From Paraspadella gotoi (lineage: Eukaryota > Animalia > Chaetognatha): a DNA stretch of 64,000 nt. Each line of letters opens with the position of its first letter. Positions within the stretch are counted from its first letter, which is position 1. This document shows positions 1 through 8,263 of the stretch, one piece after another. The notes under the pieces are model-generated. The model was not told where the DNA came from. It worked only from the letters and a program-made list of their open reading frames with translations, and did not search any database. Location: positions 10,309,042 through 10,373,041 of the forward strand of contig CM119265.1 of the NCBI GenBank assembly GCA_051294375.1, given 5' to 3'. A program made the position numbers and the translations under genes.

Positions 1-223
1 CCTTTTCGATATGATGATCGATCTCATTCCTATGGAGCATCTGGAAGAATTCCACGAAAGATACGATCGTTGGTATGATGAAACACTGTTTAAACTAGAT
101 CGTGTCAAAGCCTTGAACCTGTCAGAGTCAAGTAAAGAACTTTTGTTACAGATTATGATGAATAAACGGAGGGAAGTGTTGAAGAAAATCATTCTCGATC
201 TGCGAGATAGAGCGGAGAAATAA
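1..223 (+). CDS. Array ORF C1, small helical orphan protein (5' end outside window)
   Basis: Frame is open from the window edge (..LFDMMIDLIPMEHLEEFHERY..) to TAA at 221-223. MIDLIPMEHLEEF resembles LLELVPVQFKEEF of the next ORF. Confidence 0.6.
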   Translation, partial: LFDMMIDLIPMEHLEEFHERYDRWYDETLFKLDRVKALNLSESSKELLLQIMMNKRREVLKKIILDLRDRAEK

Positions 224-264
224 ATATGGGAGTTAATTAAAAGAAACTCACATGTTGCAAATTT

Positions 265-321
265 ACTTACCTTTCAGTTTACTGATTTGTGTGCAAATTA
301 TTCAATATACTTACCTTTCAG
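265..321 (+). promoter_or_regulatory. Two copies of ACTTACCTTTCAG (anti-5'-splice-site motif fused to a 3' splice acceptor)
   Basis: Exact 13-mer at 265-277 and 309-321; the second ends 19 nt before the ATG at 341. The same or similar motif recurs before most ORFs of the array. Confidence 0.6.
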
Positions 322-340
322 CTTTGGTATATATTTCAAA

Positions 341-646
341 ATGCAAAGGGAACGCATTGAGATTGTCGGAGAACTTCATATGCGAATATTGCTGGAGCTC
401 GTTCCAGTCCAGTTTAAAGAAGAATTTGTGGTCGAATTTGGACCGTTGGAAGGAGCGTACAGAGAAGAAGCTCAACGACACAGCGGATCAGATGGCACAG
501 TACGCCCCACTGGGTCGCGTCCCCACAGTGTCATTGGAAAGTCTCGACACATTGAACGAGATGCCATCGAGGACATTTATGCAGTTATAAAGAGATTTCG
601 CTCGTCGTGCCCAACTACAGACCGAGTAGAAATAAACCTGTCGTGA
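341..646 (+). CDS. Array ORF C2, 101-aa orphan protein
   Basis: ATG at 341 in caaaATG context just downstream of a tttcag acceptor; MQRERIEIVGELHMRILLELVPVQFKEEF...; paralog-like to C1. Confidence 0.6.
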   Translation: MQRERIEIVGELHMRILLELVPVQFKEEFVVEFGPLEGAYREEAQRHSGSDGTVRPTGSRPHSVIGKSRHIERDAIEDIYAVIKRFRSSCPTTDRVEINLS

Positions 647-748
647 AAAGGAGATTAAAAAAATGAAAACATTGCTTCAAATCCTTATTAGATTGATTTT
701 CGGATTATTTGATTTCGACATTTATTTATTCTTGTTTATTCAGGAAAT

Positions 749-950
749 ATGACTTCATTTGACGGTTACATGTATGGCAAGTTTGGCATTTGCTACGATG
801 AAACTCATGGAGCGTCATTTTCAGATCCTGAGAGAGCAAGCGCGAACGATCCCAGATGTTGCTAAAAAGCAAGAAAATGGTTATTCGAATGCCTGTTCCA
901 GATAAAGGAAACAAAACTCAGTGCAAGGAGGCAGAGAAAACTCCAAATTG
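749..950 (+). pseudogene. Disrupted array ORF (X)
   Basis: ATG at 749 just after tttattcag; purine-rich coding-like composition but interrupted by a stop/frameshift; 3' end approximate. Confidence 0.35.
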
Positions 951-1035
951 ACAATTGCTCATTTATTATTATAGTTTTGCTTTCAGTTTGCAACTATTCG
1001 TTGAATAAATCTATTTTAAGAACTTGATTGGAAGT

Positions 1036-1368
1036 ATGTCAAACAGAATCGTCTGGTTGTGGGACGATTGGAGAAACCTGAAACGTCAGAAAGAAAGTGA
1101 AAATAGGAACAAGGAAATTATGGACGTAATTCTTCGAAGGCCGGAGGCTAATCTGTCTACAAACCTGATTGGGTAAGGGAGATTTTAGGTGAGAATAAAG
1201 GTCCGAGAGACGATGCCGAAAAAGCAATTGCCTCGCACGAGATTGGATGGAGACTGCAGAAATCCTGAGGAAAGAAAAGCCAAAAGAGCCAAGACCTTTG
1301 AAGCCATCAGTAAGATGATGCAGGAACGCATCGAGGAGCAGGAAAGCATCCTAAAAAACATTTCATGA
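1036..1368 (+). pseudogene. Array ORF A1 (family A), about 3 frameshifts
   Basis: Pieces in successive frames (MSNRIVWLWDDWRNLKRQKE / KPDWVRE..DDAEKAIA / ARDWMETAEILRKEKP / KTFEAISKMMQERIEEQESILKNIS*) align colinearly with A2 (EWEQLYKREKE / NPEWLKD..EAAQEDVRN / ARGWKKTASMLK / ETYNEINKLIDDYIKEREEEIRILS). Confidence 0.65.
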
Positions 1369-1468
1369 TTAAATAAATTTTCGTGAACTAATGCAAACAA
1401 ACTTCGGGAATATTGGTCAAATTGTTCAGATATATATTCTTATTTATTCACAGCTTTCTCAGATAATA

Positions 1469-1808
1469 ATGCAGAGCGGACTTCCGGCTTCATCAATCTA
1501 CTCCAGGGAGCATCTGGAACTTTGTGCATTACGAAAAGAAGACGGATGAGCTTGAAAGACGTCTCCCAGGTTCCGTTGAGAAATGCGTTGAACTATCGCA
1601 GAGTTATGCGTCAAAAATAAGGAACCTACGTGAAATCATTGCCAAGAGAAAGGCAAAGGACCCGGCGGCGAACGTGAAAGAGCTCGTCGAAAGATCCAGA
1701 CCTTCGAGAAGAATCTTGACTCTTGGGCGATGGAGGCGGATTTATCTCAGTCGAGGCTGTGTGTTCAGCCACGAAAGTTTGGAGTCTGTAAAGACAGAAT
1801 TCCTTTAA
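1469..1808 (+). pseudogene. Array ORF B1 (family B), frameshift near the 5' end
   Basis: ATG at 1469 after ttctcag. The main frame (ELERRLPGSVEKCVE...RRILTLGRWRRIYLSRGCVFSHESLE) is clearly homologous to B2 (ELNNEAPDCVERCFD...RRNILVERWKKIRLAQGRIFNRESVE). Confidence 0.65.
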
Positions 1809-1941
1809 AGGAAACAGTTGAATTTGTGGGATTTTCTGTAATGTGAATGAAAACTTTAGATTAATCAATTTATCGTCCTCAAACATGATTGTTTGGCTAA
1901 ATAAACATTTACCTTCACAGCTAATAATTACCTGGCTAAAG

Positions 1942-2286
1942 ATGTCCGATCCGGTGGGTGGAGCTCGTTATCTTCAGGAATGGGAGCAACTCTACAAGAG
2001 AGAGAAGGAAACAGGGAATAAACAGTCGGGAAGGAACCTGAATGTGAGGGAACAGGAAGCGAAAATCAGACGTAATCCGGAATGGCTGAAAGACAAACCT
2101 GAAGACTACAAATTGAAGTTGAAAGAAGCGGCTCAAGAAGACGTTCGCAACGCGCGAGGATGGAAGAAAACGGCCTCGATGCTAAAGATTCACCAAAAGG
2201 AAAAGATAGAGACTTACAATGAAATAAATAAATTAATTGATGATTATATCAAAGAAAGAGAGGAGGAAATTCGGATTCTGTCATAA
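1942..2286 (+). CDS. Array ORF A2 (family A), 114-aa charged helical protein
   Basis: ATG at 1942 downstream of catttaccttcacag (1906-1920); intact K/E/R-rich ORF; homologous to A1, A3, A4. Confidence 0.7.
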   Translation: MSDPVGGARYLQEWEQLYKREKETGNKQSGRNLNVREQEAKIRRNPEWLKDKPEDYKLKLKEAAQEDVRNARGWKKTASMLKIHQKEKIETYNEINKLIDDYIKEREEEIRILS

Positions 2287-2350
2287 ATATTTTAATTCTA
2301 TCTCACTTGCTTAATTATTCGTTCTTTACTTCAGTCATTTTCGGGATATA

Positions 2351-2671
2351 ATGCAAGGTCCCTGCGGATACCTGGCTCATTGTTACAAGGATTTTCGCGT
2401 CTTCGTCATAAGGCGAACTGAAGAGCTGAACAATGAAGCACCCGACTGTGTAGAGAGATGTTTCGATGTTATAAAGAATCATTCTCTGGAATTGAAACAA
2501 TTGCAGGAAGCTATTAAAGGACGAGAGGACGATGCAGGAGATCAATCACGAACGAATCAAGTTCCTGCAAGAAGAAATATTCTCGTCGAAAGATGGAAGA
2601 AGATCCGACTCGCCCAAGGACGCATCTTCAATCGAGAAAGTGTTGAGACACTGGTTGAGGAACTGCCATGA
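2351..2671 (+). CDS. Array ORF B2 (family B), 106 aa
   Basis: ATG after tttacttcag (2325-2334); carries the family-B motifs PDCVERCFD and RWKKIRLAQGRIF. Confidence 0.7.
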   Translation: MQGPCGYLAHCYKDFRVFVIRRTEELNNEAPDCVERCFDVIKNHSLELKQLQEAIKGREDDAGDQSRTNQVPARRNILVERWKKIRLAQGRIFNRESVETLVEELP

Positions 2672-2767
2672 AATAATAATTTAAACTTACCTTCAGAGAG
2701 GACCGATTCGTTTTCCTCGTTAATACCTGTTTAATTTGAATTCATTCAGCTCAGCTACTTACCTATA

Positions 2768-3121
2768 ATGGCTCAAGGAAAATCCATTGCTGAAATTCAA
2801 GAAGAGATCACGCGTGATTGGGAAAAAGCGAGGAATATTAACGACCAATATCTGAGAAACTCTATGGTCGAGAACATTGTGTTCCGGGAACATGAAATTC
2901 GAATTCGAAAGAAGAAAGAAGAAAGAGAGGAAAGGATGAAGATAAGCAAAGCCATTGAAGCCTCTGAATTGTACAAGGATATTAAAGAATTAGAGGATCG
3001 CCGAAAATTAGCAATGGATGCAAAGCGGAAGAGGCCAAACCTCAGCGACATCTACGATGAGATTGAGGACCGAGCGAGAAAGCTGCAGGACGAAGCAAAA
3101 GAACGATTAATGAAAATTTAA
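2768..3121 (+). CDS. Array ORF A3 (family A), 117 aa, coiled-coil-like
   Basis: Preceded by acttaccttcag (2685-2696) and acttacct (2757). Motifs RDW..., REHE and KRKRPNLSDIY match KDW..., RENA and KLKPENASIY in A4. Confidence 0.7.
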   Translation: MAQGKSIAEIQEEITRDWEKARNINDQYLRNSMVENIVFREHEIRIRKKKEEREERMKISKAIEASELYKDIKELEDRRKLAMDAKRKRPNLSDIYDEIEDRARKLQDEAKERLMKI

Positions 3122-3202
3122 AACTCTGCTCGAATTGGACACTCGTCAAGAATCAATTTAAATTATTATTTGATATTAATCCATTTGTCTTCAGATTACG
3201 AA

Positions 3203-3504
3203 ATGTCAGTCGATCATGAATTTAACAGACGAGAAATGCGACTTTATGCTAGCTATTTGATTCCAAGGTCCTTGGAGGGAGCTTTGGAAGATTTAAGAAA
3301 TTATGAAAAGGAGCTCATTCAAGAAGAAAGGGAGATCGAGAAGGGAATGGCTGGACAACCGACGAAAAGGAGCATAGAACTCCACAGAGGCAGAGCGGAA
3401 TACTTACGAGAGCACATGGGATGCTGAAAAAATGGCCGGACATCTTAGAGGAAGAGGGAAAAATATTCGCATGCAGAGATTACAGAATACCTTATTACTG
3501 TTAA
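3203..3504 (+). pseudogene. Array ORF B3 (family B), one frameshift near 3410-3427
   Basis: MSVDHEFNRREMRLYASYLIPRSLEGALED... then in a second frame LKKWPDILEEEGKIFACRDYRIPYYC* (stop 3502-3504), which supplies the family-B C-terminal W..I....G.IF motif. Confidence 0.65.
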
Positions 3505-3557
3505 TATTTTTATTCACTTACCTTTTTTAAATTCCAGTTCTCACTAGTTGCTTTGAA

Positions 3558-3821
3558 ATGTCAGAAGTGAGAAGGAATTTCAAGAAATATGCCAGGGAAA
3601 ACGCGTTATTCTGGTTGCCGACTAACCTTGAGGATGCGCTTGATGAAATCCAGAAAAGGGAAAATAACTTGGTCCAAAGGATTCAAGAGTACGGAATTCA
3701 CGGCGCGGACGAACGAGAATTTCAGACAATTGCACAACTTACCAGATGGGCGAAAATCCTGGAGGATCAGAGAGAGATTTTTTCATTGGGAACCAAAACT
3801 GTAATGAATTTGTATCTTTAA
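3558..3821 (+). CDS. Array ORF B4 (family B), 87 aa
   Basis: Preceded by acttacct (3516) and a ttccag acceptor (3537); motifs LPTNLEDALDE and RWAKILEDQREIFS. Confidence 0.7.
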   Translation: MSEVRRNFKKYARENALFWLPTNLEDALDEIQKRENNLVQRIQEYGIHGADEREFQTIAQLTRWAKILEDQREIFSLGTKTVMNLYL

Positions 3822-3889
3822 CTTACCCGTTCGCTTTTAAGCCGAAACAAATTGGCGTATTCAAATAATTTACTTACCTTCAGTGCAAA

Positions 3890-4213
3890 ATGGATTTTAA
3901 AGCCTTTAATAGAATTCGAGATCAACTAAACAAAGATTGGATTGAACTCGACAAGAAACCATGGGGCCAAGAAAAGACGAAATCCATCATCGACCTAACA
4001 ATAAGGGAAAACGCATTGTGGAGCCTGAGAGAAGAGGAAATCAGAAAGCAGACTCCACGGACAACGGCGGAAATCAGGAAAGAATTAAAGAAGTCGAACG
4101 ACACCATATGGCTGATCAGGGAGGCGTTCAAGTTAAAGCCCGAAAATGCAAGCATTTACCTCCGGTTCCTCGAAGCAGAAAAAGAAAAGACGAAGGGATT
4201 TGAAAACTCATGA
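3890..4213 (+). CDS. Array ORF A4 (family A), 107 aa
   Basis: acttaccttcag at 3872-3883 ends 6 nt before the ATG; intact ORF homologous to A2 and A3. Confidence 0.7.
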   Translation: MDFKAFNRIRDQLNKDWIELDKKPWGQEKTKSIIDLTIRENALWSLREEEIRKQTPRTTAEIRKELKKSNDTIWLIREAFKLKPENASIYLRFLEAEKEKTKGFENS

Positions 4214-4315
4214 TTGCTTTCTTGTATATTCATTTGGCCGGTGCAAAGCATTTATTGATCATTGGATTTAGCATTTCTTTGTCATTATTGTATTATTTGT
4301 TTTACTTACCAAAGC

Positions 4316-4666
4316 ATGTCCAAAGACATAGATTCCGATCATTGGATCCGTGGCCACAGTCAACTTACGTACGTCACGAAAATCCGGATGAAGCAAGAAG
4401 TCAGCCAAAGGATGCCGAACTCCGCGGAGGAGGCCTTTGAACAAGTCGGAATCAACTGGTCAGAGATGGCGAAAAGTGAAGTCGCTATCGAGGCCAAGAT
4501 AGCAGAAGATTCGCAAGCGGACATTGAAGCTGAAAGGAAAAGAATCAAATTCCTTGATGATGAAAATACAAACCTCATCCTTTGGGCAAAACTCAAGATG
4601 CAACGAGGGGATTTATTTGCTCAAAAGACTTTATGCGAGATTGCAGCGAAATCGCACGAGAATTGA
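4316..4666 (+). CDS. Array ORF B5 (family B), 116 aa
   Basis: tttacttaccaaag directly before the ATG at 4316; motifs MPNSAEEAFEQ and LWAKLKMQRGDLFA. Confidence 0.7.
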   Translation: MSKDIDSDHWIRGHSQLTYVTKIRMKQEVSQRMPNSAEEAFEQVGINWSEMAKSEVAIEAKIAEDSQADIEAERKRIKFLDDENTNLILWAKLKMQRGDLFAQKTLCEIAAKSHEN

Positions 4667-4921
4667 CATTTATTGTATATTGCTCATAATTCATTAACAT
4701 TGTTTCGTTGGGTCATTTCTCTGTTGAAGTTGTTGGTTAAATAATTAGTTATTCATTCTCAAACTTACCTTTCAACAGTGTGTCTTTCCAATAACAAGTT
4801 ACGATCGCGCTAAAAACATTTAATAAACTCGTAAACCTGATAAACTTTTCGAAATTCGAGAGTCGCGGCAAAGGAGACCAACTTGAAGCGCGTCAATTCC
4901 GAGGTGAAACACATTTACCTG

Positions 4922-4953
<32 letters not shown>

Positions 4954-4997
4954 ATTCATATGATAAACCATTTGAATAATATACTTACCTATACCAG

Positions 4998-6376
4998 ATG
5001 TTCAACTCCCGCGATATCATGTGGGGAAATGACGAACGCCTCAACCTTTCACTCGATGTCCCAGGGGAGGATTACGCTCCATCTTTCCGTCAACTCCCCT
5101 CCTCGACGCAGAAAACTGCGCGAATCCAGACGACGTCGCCGGTTTTAACCGAAGAGATCCGCTGAATCTCGGGACTCCGCCCAACCCCAATATCAACACC
5201 CCATCCCACACGACTATCCCACCTACCGTCAGCACGCCCCTTCCCTCTTTAATGGATCTTCCGGAGGTATTTAAATTGACTTTGTTTGGGATTATTGTTT
5301 ATTATTTATTTATACTCACCTGGTGACGTTTACAGTCAATTCTTCTTCAACGCCAACCGCTGAATTCGGCGCTCGAAGATTCCTCATCGAGCGACGGGAC
5401 CCTGGCCTACGAAATCCCGCCCACTCCCAAAACCCCGCCCACCTGCCGACGACTCTGTTCGGACCGCCAATCCGAAAACTCCGCCAATCCCGATGCGGAA
5501 CGGGAAAATCGACTCTGCCAAGTGCAACAACAATCTCAGCCTTCTCGCTTATAACAACGAGAAGATTCCCTTCATCATAGGAACGTCGGATGAATGGAAA
5601 TTCAGGCCAGACGTCCCACTCACCGGCAAGATCGGGAAGTGGATTAAAGCGTGTCGTCGTAACTGGCGTAGAGTCGCGAAAAAGAGAGAATCGATTTCGT
5701 GCCGCTTCGTTTTCGAGAATTCGGATTAATCGTTAATCCAGTGAAGAACAGGACGAGAGACTCCACTTCCCGCCCAATAACAATAAGAAGTCGGCCGCGA
5801 CCAAGCGAAACGTCGTCGTCAAGACTCCAACCTCATCAACTTCTTCATCGTCCGTCGTCGAAACGGCACCTTTGAAGGACCGCTGGCGTCGTCTTCGTTC
5901 ATCGACGCGCAGAGGAAACCACGTAGCGATGAAGTTCGTCGTCTTCTCGCTGAGAAGGAGGCACTGAAGCTCGAACGTGACAAGTATAGGGCTCGCGCGC
6001 CAAGTTCGAGGAGGATCTTGCGCAAGAAAGGAAGCTGCGCGAGAAAGAGCGGAATCGTTTCGAGGAGAAGTTGCAGAAACTCAGAGAAGATTTTGACAAG
6101 CGAACGGACCGCCTTACGGAAACTCACCTTCACGAGATTAAGAGCTGGCGGGAGGCTCTTTGTGCTCCGCGAAAATCGCCTAAGCCTCACTCACCGTCAA
6201 AGAACAAAGAGAAGCAGCGTGAGTCTCCCAAGATGCGTGTAAATAGTGAGCCTTTTAGAATCGCGGTCGCTCGTCCCCACTTACCCGATTTTGCCCCTCC
6301 TCCCCACCTCCAACACCTGACGAAGCCCCCCCGTCAGTCCCCACCCCCCCACAAAAAACATAAAGGTCATAAATAA
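4998..6376 (+). pseudogene. Larger orphan gene (Pro-rich N-terminus, coiled coil, basic/Pro-rich C-terminus) with several frameshifts and one probable intron (~5267-5337)
   Basis: atacttacctataccag|ATG at 4981-5000. GC-richer coding-like sequence in shifting frames (MFNSRDIMWGNDERL..; EVRRLLAEKEALKLERDKY..; EKLQKLREDFDKRTDRLTETHLHEIKSW..KKHKGHK*); an AT-rich gtattt...tttacag segment interrupts it. Confidence 0.45.
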
Positions 6377-7100
6377 TTCATTTACCTTATATACTTACCC
6401 TATTCCTTTTCATTATCTTCTCTTACGTCAGCCTAATTTGTATAATAGTTAATCAAATTCATTTCGACTGGCGTCAATAACAATTTCCTGTCATTTGTCC
6501 ATTCCCCACCCTTCCTTACTTACTACCCTGAATAAATATCTTGAATCCTCGATTACTCACGTCTAATGACAAGTTATTTCATTTAATAATTTAGTAACAC
6601 TTACCTGTCGTATACTAATTATTTAAACGTACCTACGGTTCTATATTATAATTATAACAATCTTGAATCAAAAATGTTCCATTAAAAAGTTATGATACTT
6701 ACTTGTGTCCCATGTTAGTAATATCGTTCAATGATACTTACCAAAGTGTAAATAATATTGCAGTGAAGAATTACTCACCTGTTCCCTTACTATGTAAAAT
6801 AAATTGGACAACGTAATAAAGATACAAGGTTATAATTTCTCAAGTGATGACGATAGTCGAGGAAAGATGCTAGATAATTCAAGTTTATTTACCCCTCACA
6901 AATGGGGGATAGAAAGATTCCTTTTTAAAGCTAAGATTCCCAAACTAAAACCGAATAAGTTCAAACAAGCCACAAAATTTGTGTGGAGATAAATAAATTC
7001 GATCGAGACTGCCAAGACGCGTTTCCATGTCCACTGAGTTGCTGAAAGACGGACGTTCCTGACTCGGTACCGGAAGGATCGACGGTGGGAGTGAATCGGC

Positions 7101-7330
7101 ATGGGATCCGCAGATGGACTCGCAGACGGGATCCGCAGATGGACTCGCAGACGGGACTCGCCGACAGGGATCCGCAGATGGATCTCGCAGACGGATCCGC
7201 AGATGGACTCGCAGACGGGACTCGCGGACGGGACTCGCGACGGGATCCGCAGATGGTGTTTGCAGATGGGATCTGCAGATGGGATCTACAGATGGGATCT
7301 ACAGATGGGACCGGAGACGGGATCCATCAA
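7101..7330. repeat. Minisatellite of 12-13-nt units (GGGATCCGCAGAT / GGACTCGCAGAC)
   Basis: Directly visible tandem units; they generate repetitive ORFs in all three plus frames. Confidence 0.9.
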
Positions 7331-8263
7331 CGGGTTCGCTTGCAGTCAGGATTGGGTTGGGAAATTGCAGCTGCAAAAGGGGGGGAGTATCGCAGCATCG
7401 CAGTATGGGAAATGCAGTGCCTTCTGGAACGGGGGGAGAGAGGAGAACGACGAACTTACCTGCAAGATGACGCAGTTTGAAATGACTTAGATGTGCCACT
7501 ATGTCTGCGCTTTCTTTAATTGGCAACCTTGACATATGAGTATTTACAATGTTCCCAAGGTGGGAGTGTAACAATAGGCGCTAGCATAGTGGTACGAGCG
7601 GAGCATGGGATGGAACCGATGATCATCTGTTTCCAAATAATTCCTTACTTTCGCCCTCTACCGTTCTTGGTTCCAGCTCATTCTCCGATGGAAGGCCGAA
7701 TCGTAAACTTCGAAATAATAATTTTCTATATTTCACAAAAATGTAAATATTTAATTAAATATTTATTATTACTATTATTTAAGAATTAATTAATAAATTA
7801 ATTCGTCCTTCCGTTCTAGGTTTGAACATTCCTTCTCATATTTTGGAATCCAACGAAAATGAACTCGTCTACTAAAATATACCGGATAGTTCTACATTAA
7901 GTGATTATATTTAGGTATTATTAGTTAAGAACTAGTTAATTTTACAGACTTCTTGTCCGAACGTTCGTCTCTACTTGATTGACTTCTAATGAGCGGGTTT
8001 CGAACGTAGATATACGAGAAAATCGTGAAAAAGTCAAAAAAAAAAAAACGCGAAATCAGTAAGGAAACAACCGAACTAGATGAGCGCGAAAAAAGAATTG
8101 AGGCTTTCGTATACCCGGATGAGGGAGGGAGCCGGCTTGGGATTTGCCGGCTCCCATTGGTCGAGGCCGGTTCACGTGACGGCTTCCCCTGGATTTTCTT
8201 TTTTTCATCTATCGATGTTATTTTGTTCGTTTTCTTACTTCTATAGTATGGTGATACGATCGT

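Noticed and set aside
1-4666. Bacterial contamination, prophage or integron cassette array
   Set aside because: No consistent Shine-Dalgarno sequences, attC-like palindromes or integrase seen; starts have a eukaryotic -3 purine context and follow splice acceptors.
265-4990. Baculovirus-type late promoter (TAAG)
   Set aside because: GTAAG lies on the strand opposite to the ORFs, so it cannot drive them in the known manner.
265-7461. U1 snRNA gene copies suggested by ATACTTACCT
   Set aside because: The match stops after 8-10 nt; no U1 stem-loops or Sm site follow.
7085-7490. Three overlapping 118-131-aa ORFs
   Set aside because: They arise from a stop-free minisatellite and are open in all frames.
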